A stretch of DNA of 64,000 nucleotides from Minisyncoccota bacterium (GCA_041671485.1 JBAZBL010000006.1:6539-70538), one strand, 5' to 3'. Positions 10,883-20,453 are shown, counted from the stretch's first letter. Notes: generated from the sequence alone by a model not told the origin. Translations and numbers: made by a program.

Positions 10883-12757
10883 ATGAAGTATTTGATTTAT
10901 AGACAATTGAGCAATGATGAGCAAAAAAAATTGAATTCATTTTCACCACTTATTGCACATCTACTATTTCATAGGGGCGTTATAGATAGTGTTTCAGCAG
11001 ATAAATTTCTTAATCCTGATTATGATAGGGATATACATGATCCAACACTATTGAAAGATGCCGATAAATCAGCTGATAGGATCATTCAAGGTATAAAAAA
11101 AGATGAAAAGATAGCTATTTATGCTGACTATGATGCAGATGGTATACCAGGAGCAGCTATTTGGCATGATTTCTTCGACAGGATTGGTTTTAAAAACTTT
11201 ATTATTTATATTCCACATAGACATGATGAGGGTTTTGGCATGAATGTAGAAGCAGTCGAACAGTTGAATGATGCTGAAGTGAAGTTAATAATTACTGTTG
11301 ATTGTGGTATCTCTGATGTATGTCCTGTGGCAAAAGCAAATGAATTGGGTATAGATGTTATCATCACGGATCACCATGAATCTCCTAGTAAAATGCCAAA
11401 AGCTTTTGCAATAGTTGATCATAAACAAGATGATTGCAATTATCCTGATAAAAATCTATGTGGAGCAGGAATTGCATATAAATTGATACAATTGATCCTT
11501 TCAAAAGAGCGCTTTGGTCTCAAAGATGGACTAGAGAAATGGTTATTGGATCTTGTTGGTATGGCAACTCTCTCTGATATGGTTCCTCTCACTGGTGAAA
11601 ATAGGGTATTTGCTCATTATGGTCTTACTGTATTGAAGAAGGGCCACAGGAAAGGTCTTAGAAGATTGTTTGAAAAGCTTCGTATAGAACAGAGACATAT
11701 AAATGAAGATGATATTAACTTCATGATTACACCACGTATCAATGCGGCCTCGCGCATGGGTATGCCAAGGGACGCTTTCAATCTATTGATTGCAAAGAAT
11801 GATGAAGAAGCAGATAAGTATGCGGAGCATTTGGATCATATAAATAGCAAGAGGAAAACGGCGGTGGCAGTACTAGTAAAAGAAGTCAAGAAAATTATTC
11901 ATGAAAGGTTTCTTGATGTCTCATTATTAAAGACGGATGAGAATGGGCAGGACACTACCTCCTTCGGCGACGAATCGCACCTCCGCCAACTGGCGGATAA
12001 GTCGCCTCAGGAGGTGTGTCCTGCCCATTCCCACAAGGGTTTAATTTTATCAAATACAAAATTACCAAACGTAATTGTTCTAGGTAATCCAAATTGGAGA
12101 CCATCACTTTTGGGTTTGGTTGCAAATAGTTGTGTACAAGAATTTGATAGGCCTGTTTTCCTCTGGGGAAGAGATGGAGACAATACTATCAAGGGCTCCT
12201 GCCGATCGCGAGGTAATACAAGTGTTGTCGAGATTATGAAGGCTGTGCCAGAAGGAATAATATCGCAATTTGGTGGACATAAGAATTCTGGAGGATTTGC
12301 TGTATTTGATGATAAGATATATTTCTTGGACAAATATCTTAATGAGGCATTTGAATTACTTATAAAGAAGTCAAAAGAACAAGAAAATGTTGATATATTG
12401 GAGAAATATATTGATGCAGAATTATCGATTGATGAAGTCAATATAGATCTGTACAATGAAATTGCCAAATTGGCGCCATTTGGTTCTGGCAATCATAAAC
12501 CAGCCTTCTTATTTAGGAAGATAAAGCCTGTATCAATAAAGCGCTTTGGTAAAGGCAATGAACATATAAGAATGGATTTTAGTAGATCAAATAGGACAAA
12601 AATTTCTGCTATTTCATTCTTTGGAATAGAGAATGAATGGAATAATATAGTTCGAGAAAATGAATCAATAGATCTTGTGGCTTCACTCGAGAAATCTTGG
12701 TATAGGAATAGTCCGGAGTTGCGATTAAAAGTAATTGATGTTTTCATTAATCCATGA
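10883..12757 (+). CDS. recJ: ssDNA 5'-3' exonuclease RecJ (with a 30-codon hairpin-derived insertion)
   Basis: DYDADG, TVDCG, ITDHH, PRINAASR, GSCRS, GGH, PFGSGN. Confidence 0.96.
   Translation: MKYLIYRQLSNDEQKKLNSFSPLIAHLLFHRGVIDSVSADKFLNPDYDRDIHDPTLLKDADKSADRIIQGIKKDEKIAIYADYDADGIPGAAIWHDFFDRIGFKNFIIYIPHRHDEGFGMNVEAVEQLNDAEVKLIITVDCGISDVCPVAKANELGIDVIITDHHESPSKMPKAFAIVDHKQDDCNYPDKNLCGAGIAYKLIQLILSKERFGLKDGLEKWLLDLVGMATLSDMVPLTGENRVFAHYGLTVLKKGHRKGLRRLFEKLRIEQRHINEDDINFMITPRINAASRMGMPRDAFNLLIAKNDEEADKYAEHLDHINSKRKTAVAVLVKEVKKIIHERFLDVSLLKTDENGQDTTSFGDESHLRQLADKSPQEVCPAHSHKGLILSNTKLPNVIVLGNPNWRPSLLGLVANSCVQEFDRPVFLWGRDGDNTIKGSCRSRGNTSVVEIMKAVPEGIISQFGGHKNSGGFAVFDDKIYFLDKYLNEAFELLIKKSKEQENVDILEKYIDAELSIDEVNIDLYNEIAKLAPFGSGNHKPAFLFRKIKPVSIKRFGKGNEHIRMDFSRSNRTKISAISFFGIENEWNNIVRENESIDLVASLEKSWYRNSPELRLKVIDVFINP
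11941..12030. repeat. 90-bp nested GC-rich hairpin inserted in frame in recJ
   Basis: Arms gaatgggcaggacac/gtgtcctgcccattc, acctcct/aggaggt, ggcgac/gtcgcc, tccgcca/tggcgga. Confidence 0.85.
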
Positions 12758-13245
12758 AGTATATAATTTTTACAGATGGTTCTTCTCGAGGCAATCCAGG
12801 GCGTGGTGGCTGGGCAGTCGTTATTATTGAGGATGATTCTATGGTTATTGAACTTGGTGGCAGGGAAGACAAGGCTACGAACAATAGGATGGAATTAACC
12901 GCAGCAATTGAAGCTCTTTCACAAACATCAAGAGATGCAGATATAACTCTATATACAGATTCATCTTATCTCATAGGTGGTATCACAAAATGGGTTAAAG
13001 GATGGAAGAAAAATGACTGGAAAAGAGATATTTGGCAGAAAGATATAAAAAAAGATGTTTTGAATAGAGATCTTTGGGAGAAACTTGATGAATTGAATAT
13101 GGTACGAAATGTTAAATGGAATTATATAAGAGGACATACTGGTAATCATGGAAATGAAAGATGTGACGAAATAGCAACTGCTTTTGCAGATGGTGAAAAA
13201 ATCAGTCTTTTCGAGGGGAAAATGGAAGTCTGGCAGAAAAAATAG
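12754..13245 (+). CDS. rnhA: Ribonuclease HI
   Basis: FTDGSSRGNPG, TNNRMEL, TDSSY, GH.G..GNERCD. Confidence 0.96.
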   Translation: MKYIIFTDGSSRGNPGRGGWAVVIIEDDSMVIELGGREDKATNNRMELTAAIEALSQTSRDADITLYTDSSYLIGGITKWVKGWKKNDWKRDIWQKDIKKDVLNRDLWEKLDELNMVRNVKWNYIRGHTGNHGNERCDEIATAFADGEKISLFEGKMEVWQKK

Positions 13246-13259
13246 GTATTATCGAGATC

Positions 13260-13330
13260 TATTACCGAGATCCGATCTCGGTAATAATACCGAGTCCCCG
13301 AGGCCCGCCTTCGGCGGGGTAGGCCTCGGG
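13260..13330. repeat. Two adjacent REP-like hairpins
   Basis: tattaccgagatccgatctcggtaata, then cccgagg[cccgccttcggcgg]ggtaggcctcggg. Confidence 0.75.
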
Positions 13331-13336
13331 AGTGGA

Positions 13337-13391
13337 TTTTATCATTTCTTCAGCAGAATTTTATCAGGATTTTATCTCATTGTGATATCGT
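13337..13391 (+). promoter_or_regulatory. Conserved TTTTATC-box promoter, copy 1 (upstream of comEC)
   Basis: TTTTATC at 13337, 13359 and 13370 (22/11-bp spacing), then extended -10-like TG-A-TATCGT; closely similar copies at 17034, 28609 and 42824-42877(-). Confidence 0.75.
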
Positions 13392-13400
13392 GCAGGTTGT

Positions 13401-13443
13401 GGAGGTTTCGTTGCGCAGGTCTACCCTGCGCAACGAAACCTCC
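13401..13443. repeat. GTAG-family REP hairpin
   Basis: 19-bp perfect arms ggaggtttcgttgcgcagg / cctgcgcaacgaaacctcc, loop tctac. Confidence 0.9.
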
Positions 13444-13453
13444 GCAAAAACCT

Positions 13454-14827
13454 ATGAAGAAAGGCGTGTTTATATTCTGGTTTATTATCATCGGAATCAC
13501 AGTTTTCCGTCTGGTATTTTCTTATGCATCAAATATTTCTATTACAAATGATTGTATGAAAGAGAAGGTGACTGGAATGGGTATGATTACCGAAGAACCG
13601 GAGCGCAAAGAAACTGGGCAAATCCTAATAATCAAAGTAGATGAATTATTAACAAATGAAGCAGATAAATGTTCTAGTGATATATTGATTCGTGCAAAGA
13701 CAAAATTATATCCACGATTTTCTTTTGGAGATCACATCAAATTTATTGGTAATTTATCTGAACCATATAATTTCTCTAGTAATGATGGTAGAACATTCGA
13801 TTATCGTAATTATCTAGCCAAAGACGACATTTATTTTGAGATCAAAAGTGCAATAGTAGAGAAGATCAATGAAGAAAAATCATTTTCAATAAAAGGATCA
13901 CTATATAAGATAAAAAGAAGATTTGTTTCAAATATAGAGCAAGTATTGGGAGAACCTCATTCTGCATTTGCTGCTGGTTTGGTGGTTGGTGAGAAGGGTT
14001 CGATAGGGAAGAGTTTACTCGATGATTTTAGGATTACAGGATTGATACATATCGTCGTTCTGTCTGGCTTCAATATCACAATCATTGCCGATGCTATCAG
14101 GAAACTTCTGTCGAGATTGCCTAGAATGTGGGGTATTTTGCTTGGTGGCCTAGGTATTATTCTCTTTGGAATAATGGTTGGTGGTGGAGCTACGGTTATA
14201 CGTTCTTGTGTTATGGCGAGCATTGCTCTATCTGCCGAATTGGTTAGGCGAGATTATAGTGTTGTACGTGCACTTGTATTTGCAGGAATGATAATGCTCA
14301 TACAAAATCCTATGATCTTATTTCACGATCCATCTTTCCAGCTTTCTTTCTTGGCAACACTGGGTTTGGTCATTCTCGCAAGGCCGATAGAAGATAGACT
14401 GACGTTTTTGCCAGAGAAGTTTGGTTTTAGGAGTATAATATCTGCTACATTTGCTACTCAAATATTTGTATCACCATTTATTCTCTATATGATGGGTCAA
14501 TTGTCTATTATTGGTGTTGTAGTCAATGTCTTGGTCTTGCCATTTATACCTATTACTATGCTAGCTGTATTTCTCGTAGGTATTTCTGGCTTTATTTTTG
14601 AACCCATATCACAATTTTTCAGCTATTTCGCATACGCCCTTCTCTCTTATGAACTCAATATGGTCGAATATTTCGCAAAAATACCCTTTGCCTCATTCAA
14701 AATCCCCGCATTTTCATTCTGGTGGGTTGTGGGGTTTTATCTGGGGTTTTCAATAATCTTTTACTATTTTTATCGGAGAAATAGAGTGAGGGCAGAGAAT
14801 AATATGCTCATTACCTCGACCCATTGA
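13454..14827 (+). CDS. comEC: ComEC/Rec2 DNA uptake channel (DUF4131-like + Competence domain, no fused MBL)
   Basis: FDYRNYL, TGLIHIVVLSGFNI, VIRSCVM, DPSFQLSFLAT; start at MKKGV (13454), the longer ORF reads through repeats. Confidence 0.93.
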   Translation: MKKGVFIFWFIIIGITVFRLVFSYASNISITNDCMKEKVTGMGMITEEPERKETGQILIIKVDELLTNEADKCSSDILIRAKTKLYPRFSFGDHIKFIGNLSEPYNFSSNDGRTFDYRNYLAKDDIYFEIKSAIVEKINEEKSFSIKGSLYKIKRRFVSNIEQVLGEPHSAFAAGLVVGEKGSIGKSLLDDFRITGLIHIVVLSGFNITIIADAIRKLLSRLPRMWGILLGGLGIILFGIMVGGGATVIRSCVMASIALSAELVRRDYSVVRALVFAGMIMLIQNPMILFHDPSFQLSFLATLGLVILARPIEDRLTFLPEKFGFRSIISATFATQIFVSPFILYMMGQLSIIGVVVNVLVLPFIPITMLAVFLVGISGFIFEPISQFFSYFAYALLSYELNMVEYFAKIPFASFKIPAFSFWWVVGFYLGFSIIFYYFYRRNRVRAENNMLITSTH

Positions 14828-14887
14828 CATTTTAGTCAATATGTATAATATAGATTTTAGAACACCTTAACAAAAAGGATACAACAT

Positions 14888-15598
14888 ATGTCTGAAAAGT
14901 CTGAAAGTTTGTACGAATTGGTTCCCCACAAAGGAGATTCTCCTTTGAGAGTGGAACTGAACAAAGGAGTCGCAAGACTTCAATCTGCGCAAAACACTCA
15001 ATTCCGTCCCCACGTCTGTTTAAACGGTGAGGATGGGATTAAAGTCATTCAAAGAATAGTTGCTGATCCGGAAAAAGCAAATACTGCATACTGGCTCAAT
15101 GACTGTTTCATTGTCTCTGGAGATGATGTATGGCTCAATACGAGACTAAGCATCTTCCTGGATTCAATTGGTTCTAGCAATCATGTATTGTTGAGTCCAC
15201 AACAGACTGGCTATATCGTGGGCAATCTTCGGGAAGAATCCAAGAGGATTGTCGTTGAAAAGGTCAAGACATGGTTCATTGGGAAAGTCTTACCAGGTGT
15301 GCAAAAGGGTCTAGATACTATCAAAGAACAGTTTGAGAAAGGGGACCCTCTCATTGCAAGTGACCATAGAAATCGGATATTTGATATCCATGGTGGATGT
15401 TCTATGGAGGATATTCCTTATACCGAAACTGTTGTTGCTGGAGAGGAACTCTTCTGGTCAGTTGTTCATGGAAACAGTCTTTATAGTTACGGTTGTGATG
15501 GGTACAATAATGCCGATGAAGTCATAACTGGACGAAGGAATGAGCAGAGAGCTGCGGTTGGGGAGTTTTTGGGAGCTTTTCGCGCAATTAGGCGCTAA
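14888..15598 (+). CDS. Hypothetical protein
   Basis: 236-aa ORF with AAGGA RBS, upstream TTGACA...TATAAT and a downstream terminator. Confidence 0.7.
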   Translation: MSEKSESLYELVPHKGDSPLRVELNKGVARLQSAQNTQFRPHVCLNGEDGIKVIQRIVADPEKANTAYWLNDCFIVSGDDVWLNTRLSIFLDSIGSSNHVLLSPQQTGYIVGNLREESKRIVVEKVKTWFIGKVLPGVQKGLDTIKEQFEKGDPLIASDHRNRIFDIHGGCSMEDIPYTETVVAGEELFWSVVHGNSLYSYGCDGYNNADEVITGRRNEQRAAVGEFLGAFRAIRR

Positions 15599-15614
15599 TT
15601 GTCAGTTCTGTATG

Positions 15615-15651
15615 AAAGCGTTTTACTCTGTGGTAGGGCGCTTTTTCTTTT
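15615..15651 (+). terminator. Rho-independent terminator
   Basis: gaaagcgtttta...tagggcgctttt followed by a T-run. Confidence 0.65.
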
Positions 15652-15868
15652 CCAAACAATACTGATTAGATCAAAAACCAATGTAATATCGCTTCTTCTG
15701 CTTTTCTATTTAAAATTACTTCTAAGGCTATAGTATGAACCTTCAAAGAGGGGTTGCAATTAGCCTGCAAATTCACTCCTCACAATTTGACAAGACTAAT
15801 GATATATGCTACCATCTTGGGTAGGAGTTTTATTCCAAATAATAACAACCATCAACAAAAGGAAATGG

Positions 15869-16321
15869 ATGAAAGATTTTTTCGACATTAGCGATCAGGA
15901 GGAATTCAAGCAGTGGGCAGATGAAATCTGTGCACTTGCTCAGATTCCAACTCAACATTCTGATGTTACGGCATATTACAGGAAATCCATCGAGGAATGG
16001 TATTGCATAGAGACATGGCAACGCGAGGAACTCATGGAGTCTTACGAGAAATGGTTATCAGAGCTTGCTGCTGATTCGTCAGCATACTGTTCTGTAAAAC
16101 TTTCGGTGGGTGAGTTGAGAAACTTGTCTATCGTGGATCTCGACAACTTTAGCTCCTATGTCATAACTTTCTTGCCATCCAGAGTTGTTCATGAACGTAA
16201 CGAGGCTGAAGGTCTAACCGAAGAACACACAAAAAGAGCATTGGTCAAGTTCCAGAAGTTGCTAAATGATGCTCTAGAACGAGAACGAATACTCGACGAA
16301 ATCTCTAAGATTGGTCAATAA
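15869..16321 (+). CDS. Hypothetical protein
   Basis: ORF with AAAGGA RBS before MKDFFD; downstream hairpin aactgcaa/ttgcagtt plus T-run. Confidence 0.65.
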   Translation: MKDFFDISDQEEFKQWADEICALAQIPTQHSDVTAYYRKSIEEWYCIETWQREELMESYEKWLSELAADSSAYCSVKLSVGELRNLSIVDLDNFSSYVITFLPSRVVHERNEAEGLTEEHTKRALVKFQKLLNDALERERILDEISKIGQ

Positions 16322-16435
16322 CTGATTTGGGGATTCAATACAATCTAACTGCAATCTGGAATATGGTTGCAGTTGTTTTTTGTCTTTTTCTAAACATCAA
16401 CCCAAAATCTATGTAATGTCACTTATTCTGCTTTT

Positions 16436-16981
16436 CTATTTGAAATTCTTCTCCACCACTTCCCAATTCAAATTTTCGAAAAAGTCATCCACATATTGCT
16501 TCTTGCCACTCGGCTGATAGTCAGCAACATAGGCATGTTCCCACATATCGAGGGCGATGATGGGGGACAGGCCTGTTAAGTGGCCGATGTGCTGTTCATC
16601 CACCCATTGATTGAATAGGCGTTTGGTATGTGGATCATAATACAAGAAAGCCCAGCCGATACCGCGGGTTAGGGCAAGACTCTTGAATTGGGTCAGCCAA
16701 TTTTCAAAAGAATTCCATTCTTGAGCGATGGTTTTTACCAAAGGACTATTTGAGTTGAATGGAGTTGAGCCGCCTTCAAATTGCGTGAAATAATATTCAT
16801 GATTTCTCATACCATCAAATTCAAAAGCGAAACGGCGCTGGAGTTCATTATCACCAGTTTTTTCTAGAATTAAATTGGCATTTTTCACATAACCAGCATA
16901 AAGCTTGAGATGCTCTTCTATATTCTTGGTCGAAATGCCTTTTAATACAGGAATACTGAACTTTTTTTCATTGAATGCCAT
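16436..16981 (-). CDS. Fe/Mn superoxide dismutase family protein
   Basis: EEHLKLYAGYVKN, NHEYYF, GIGW, LDMWEHAYVADY, NLNWEVV. Confidence 0.9.
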   Translation of the reverse strand: MAFNEKKFSIPVLKGISTKNIEEHLKLYAGYVKNANLILEKTGDNELQRRFAFEFDGMRNHEYYFTQFEGGSTPFNSNSPLVKTIAQEWNSFENWLTQFKSLALTRGIGWAFLYYDPHTKRLFNQWVDEQHIGHLTGLSPIIALDMWEHAYVADYQPSGKKQYVDDFFENLNWEVVEKNFK

Positions 16982-17033
16982 AGTGGTATTGTAACATATG
17001 TTTTTCCCGATGCCTACTCTCGGAGGTCGTCGA

Positions 17034-17088
17034 TTTTATCATTTCTTCAGCGAAATTTTATCAGGATTTTATCTCGATATGATATGGT
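17034..17088 (+). promoter_or_regulatory. Conserved TTTTATC-box promoter, copy 2
   Basis: TTTTATC at 17034, 17056 and 17067, then TG-A-TATGGT; preceded by a degenerate CCGAGG-type hairpin at 17006-17023. Confidence 0.75.
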
Positions 17089-17106
17089 GCAAGTTGCGGA
17101 GGCCTT

Positions 17107-17157
17107 GTTGCGCAGGGTAGACCTACGCACAACGTGCGTAGGTCTACCCTGCGCAAC
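17107..17157. repeat. GTAG-family REP doublet
   Basis: 24-bp arms gttgcgcagggtagacctacgcac / gtgcgtaggtctaccctgcgcaac. Confidence 0.9.
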
Positions 17158-17167
17158 GAAAACTACC

Positions 17168-18094
17168 ATGCTCAAACGAATAATTATTTTCATAGTAATC
17201 TTTGGTCTTTTATCTGGTGCTGTTTTCTACATATATCATCTAGAAAACCGCGCGCAATTGCTCGAAATATTCGTTTTTAATATTAAAAGTGGTAATTCTA
17301 TATTCATTCGCACCCCAAATGATAAAAGGATACTCGTAAATGGTGGTTCGAATTCGCAAGTCTTGAGAGAAATAACAAAGATTTTGCCTTTTTATTCACG
17401 TCGTATAGATATGGTTATTGCTACAAATACAGAAGGCAAGAATGTTGCGGGGCTGATTGACATTCTAGGTCGTTATAAAGTCGATCGAGTCATATTATCA
17501 GCAATTACTTTGCAATCCATAGGTCTTTCGACAAGTACTGATCTCATATATGAGACTTTTTTGGATTCGATAAATATTCCAAAAAGGGAAGTTAGTGCTG
17601 GAGAATCGATAGTGTTGGACAAATCAAATGGGAATGATGATTTTGGAGAAAATGATATAGTTGCCGATATTTTATTTCCAGTATCAGCCGACACATTTTC
17701 CTATTCAAAGACAAGTGATCCAGAAATTGTTCTAAATATTAATTTTGGCTCAACAAATATATTGCTAGTCGGTAACACCACGCCAAAGATTCAAAAGTTC
17801 ATCACTTCGACCGCTGAATTGGACAGGATTATGAATAATACCAATGTATTGGTAATTTCTAATAATGCTTCGAAGACAAATTTGGCAAAACAAATGGTTG
17901 ATGAATTTAAGCCCAAATATGTAATCTATTCAAAGTTATTATCAAGTGGCAAGACGGCAAATGGTTCAATAGAAAATACCAAAGATGATCCACTTCTCGG
18001 CATTCCCGAAGCAAATAGATATAATATAAAAGAAAAAGGATCCATAAGGATCATTTCTGATGGCTCTATTGTAAGAGTCGAAGAGTCTAGATGA
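17168..18094 (+). CDS. Stand-alone ComEC-type metallo-beta-lactamase-fold protein with degenerate metal ligands
   Basis: N-terminal TM helix; ComEC-MBL pattern (IRTPNDKRILVNGG, LPFYSRRIDMVIAT, GSIRIISDG) but no HxxxDH. Confidence 0.8.
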   Translation: MLKRIIIFIVIFGLLSGAVFYIYHLENRAQLLEIFVFNIKSGNSIFIRTPNDKRILVNGGSNSQVLREITKILPFYSRRIDMVIATNTEGKNVAGLIDILGRYKVDRVILSAITLQSIGLSTSTDLIYETFLDSINIPKREVSAGESIVLDKSNGNDDFGENDIVADILFPVSADTFSYSKTSDPEIVLNINFGSTNILLVGNTTPKIQKFITSTAELDRIMNNTNVLVISNNASKTNLAKQMVDEFKPKYVIYSKLLSSGKTANGSIENTKDDPLLGIPEANRYNIKEKGSIRIISDGSIVRVEESR

Positions 18095-18329
18095 TGCCTG
18101 CAGTTTTGAGCGCACGGAAAGCGCCATTTTTCTCTATTGTTCGTAATCCTCTTGCTGATACGTTCATAATAACAGTTTTCTTCAATTCTGGTATATAAAT
18201 ACGCTTTTTCTGTAGATTTGGGTAACGACGAATAGAACCACAAGGATTGAATTGTGTTGCGCGAGTTCTATTGGAATAACGGCCTCCAGAAATCGAACCC
18301 CTCTTTGTTATTGCGCATATTTTTGCCAT
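18087..18329 (-). CDS. rpmB: 50S ribosomal protein L28
   Basis: MAKICAITKR...YPNLQKKRIY...VSARGLRTIEKNG; true start at 18329. Confidence 0.92.
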   Translation of the reverse strand: MAKICAITKRGSISGGRYSNRTRATQFNPCGSIRRYPNLQKKRIYIPELKKTVIMNVSARGLRTIEKNGAFRALKTAGII

Positions 18330-18378
18330 GATAGTTGGTGAGAGATATGTTATCATGAATGAAGTAAAAAGGCAAAAA

Positions 18379-18984
18379 ATGTTTACCATAATCTCTATAA
18401 TAATCCTCATAATGTCTGTAGTTGTCCATGAATTGGCTCATGGCTTCACTGCCAATGCTATGGGTGATCCAACTGCTCGTTTGCAAGGCCGACTGACTCT
18501 CAACCCCATCTCTCATATTGATCCAGTTGGTTCAATAATAGTGCCACTCATCACATCTCTTTTTGGTTTTACTTTCGGCTGGGCAAAACCAGTGCCTTAC
18601 AATCCTTATAATATAAAGAATAAAAGGATGGGTGAATTCCTGATAGCCGCAGCAGGTCCTGGTTCCAACCTATTATTGGCACTCATATTTGGTACATTTA
18701 TCAGATTTACTGCTGGAATTCCGGGCTTTAGTTCATTTATAGAAATCTCTTCATATATAGTCATAATAAACATTATTTTGGCCATATTTAACCTCATTCC
18801 TTTGCCACCACTTGATGGATCAAAATTATTATTTGCTATTTTGCCAAATCAATATGGTCGTGCACGTATGACGCTCGAAGCCTATGCGCCTTTTTTCATT
18901 ATCATTGTAGTCTTCTTCCTCTGGCAGGCTATAGTGCCTATAATTCCTTTTATTTTTGGGATTTTTACTGGGGTTAGTTTTTGA
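18379..18984 (+). CDS. Site-2 protease (peptidase M50)
   Basis: HELAH, GDPTA, WAKPVP, AAAGP, FNLIPLPPLDG. Confidence 0.93.
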   Translation: MFTIISIIILIMSVVVHELAHGFTANAMGDPTARLQGRLTLNPISHIDPVGSIIVPLITSLFGFTFGWAKPVPYNPYNIKNKRMGEFLIAAAGPGSNLLLALIFGTFIRFTAGIPGFSSFIEISSYIVIINIILAIFNLIPLPPLDGSKLLFAILPNQYGRARMTLEAYAPFFIIIVVFFLWQAIVPIIPFIFGIFTGVSF

Positions 18985-18997
18985 GGATGTATGGCTG

Positions 18998-19027
18998 TTG
19001 CGGAGGTGCGAGGTCGCACCTCCACAA
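18998..19027. repeat. REP-like hairpin
   Basis: ttgcggaggtgcga-gg-tcgcacctccacaa; flanks resemble those of the 13401 element. Confidence 0.6.
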
Positions 19028-19094
19028 AAAGAGTAGCAAATTTTGGACGATTGTGATATATTCTGACACAGAGATAGAGAAAGGGATAGTAATT

Positions 19095-19298
19095 ATGAAT
19101 GATAAAATTTCCGATGAATTGGTCGATCTTATAAGATCAACCAGAAAGATCAAACCAAGAGAACTTTGTGACTTGGCGGTCAACAGAGGTCTTGTGGAAG
19201 TAAGTGTCAAGGATTGTATAGCTTCCTTGATCGAAAGAAACAAAATTCAATTCGACAGGGATTGGTCACTGTTCATCAATCCTAGGTGGGAATCGTGA
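19095..19298 (+). CDS. Small hypothetical protein, possibly winged-helix
   Basis: MNDKISDEL... with upstream AAGGGA; helix-helix-beta hairpin pattern. Confidence 0.5.
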   Translation: MNDKISDELVDLIRSTRKIKPRELCDLAVNRGLVEVSVKDCIASLIERNKIQFDRDWSLFINPRWES

Positions 19299-19311
19299 GT
19301 TTTGATGAATT

Positions 19312-19530
19312 ATGAATAACGAAACAGGCAAGTTGAACTCGGACGCCGACGACGACTTGCTTTTTTTATTGAAAATTGTTAAGATTCTTCTACTGCTAAT
19401 ATTTGGCATGTTTATTATAGAGGCAAGAATGAGTAATCAATTTCGGCAAAACTCAAGCCGTAATTTGGTGAAGAATTCAGTATTGCCAACGGTTTGTAAA
19501 AAGCATTTGTCCATATTCGTAGATTTGTAA
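19312..19530 (+). CDS. Small hypothetical membrane protein
   Basis: 72-aa ORF with one hydrophobic segment. Confidence 0.35.
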   Translation: MNNETGKLNSDADDDLLFLLKIVKILLLLIFGMFIIEARMSNQFRQNSSRNLVKNSVLPTVCKKHLSIFVDL

Positions 19531-19558
19531 AATTCGTTAATTCGTATATATAGTTTAT

Positions 19559-19978
19559 ATGCCAACAATAAATCAACTCATAAAGAATTCTCGCAAGCGT
19601 TTCAAGCGCAAGTCAAAGTCTATTGCTCTCACTCGAACATTCAATTCGATAAAAAATCGTCCAGTCTTTTTCCCATCTCCTTTCAAGAGAGGAGTATGTA
19701 TCAAAGTAACTACTAGAACACCAAAGAAACCAAACTCTGCTATAAGAAAGATTGCTCGTGTTAGACTGACAAATGGCATGGAAGTAACCGCATATATTCC
19801 GGGAATGGGGCATACACTGCAGGAACACTCTGTAGTTCTATTGCGTGGTGGTCGTGTCAAGGACGTAGGACTAAGATATTCCATAGTGCGTGGTGTTCTC
19901 GATGCTACGGGCGTAGAAGCTAGGAGAAAAGGTCGAAGTCAGTATGGTAATAAGAAGCCAAAGGCTGCAAAAGTATAA
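19559..19978 (+). CDS. rpsL: 30S ribosomal protein S12
   Basis: [33 protein letters not shown]. Confidence 0.98.
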   Translation: MPTINQLIKNSRKRFKRKSKSIALTRTFNSIKNRPVFFPSPFKRGVCIKVTTRTPKKPNSAIRKIARVRLTNGMEVTAYIPGMGHTLQEHSVVLLRGGRVKDVGLRYSIVRGVLDATGVEARRKGRSQYGNKKPKAAKV

Positions 19979-19982
19979 ATAT

Positions 19983-20453
19983 ATGCGCAGGAAAATAAAT
20001 ATAAAAAGAGAATTGAGACCAGATGTTGTATTCGATTCTGTAAAAGTCTCAAAATTCATCAACTATGTTATGCAGGAAGGCAAGAAGAATATTGCTCGAA
20101 CTATTGTTTATGATTGTCTCGACTATATAAAAGAACAAACAAAAACAGAAAATCCAATAGAGATTCTCGATGCAGCTCTCCGAAATACTACACCTATGAT
20201 GGAAGTACGATCGAGACGTGTCGGTGGAGCAAATTATCAAGTTCCTAGAGAAGTTCGTCCAGAGAGGAAACAAGCATTATCTATAAAGTGGATTATCAAT
20301 GCTGCACGATCCAAAAAGGGCAAGCCAATACATATAAAACTTGCCGATGAAATCATTGCTGCATCAAAGAATGAAGGTGAAGCAGTCAAGAAGCGCGAGA
20401 ATGTCCACAAAATGGCAGAATCAAATAAAGCTTTTGCTCACTTTGCTTGGTAA
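19983..20453 (+). CDS. rpsG: 30S ribosomal protein S7
   Basis: EVRSRRVGGANYQVP, HKMAESNKAFAHF; start at MRRK. Confidence 0.98.
   Translation: MRRKINIKRELRPDVVFDSVKVSKFINYVMQEGKKNIARTIVYDCLDYIKEQTKTENPIEILDAALRNTTPMMEVRSRRVGGANYQVPREVRPERKQALSIKWIINAARSKKGKPIHIKLADEIIAASKNEGEAVKKRENVHKMAESNKAFAHFAW

Noticed and set aside
13184-13453. N-terminal extensions in the ORF track for comEC (also 17084 and 42828)
   Set aside because: They are read-through of REP hairpins and the promoter box (AGLPC peptides); the downstream ATGs fit the protein families
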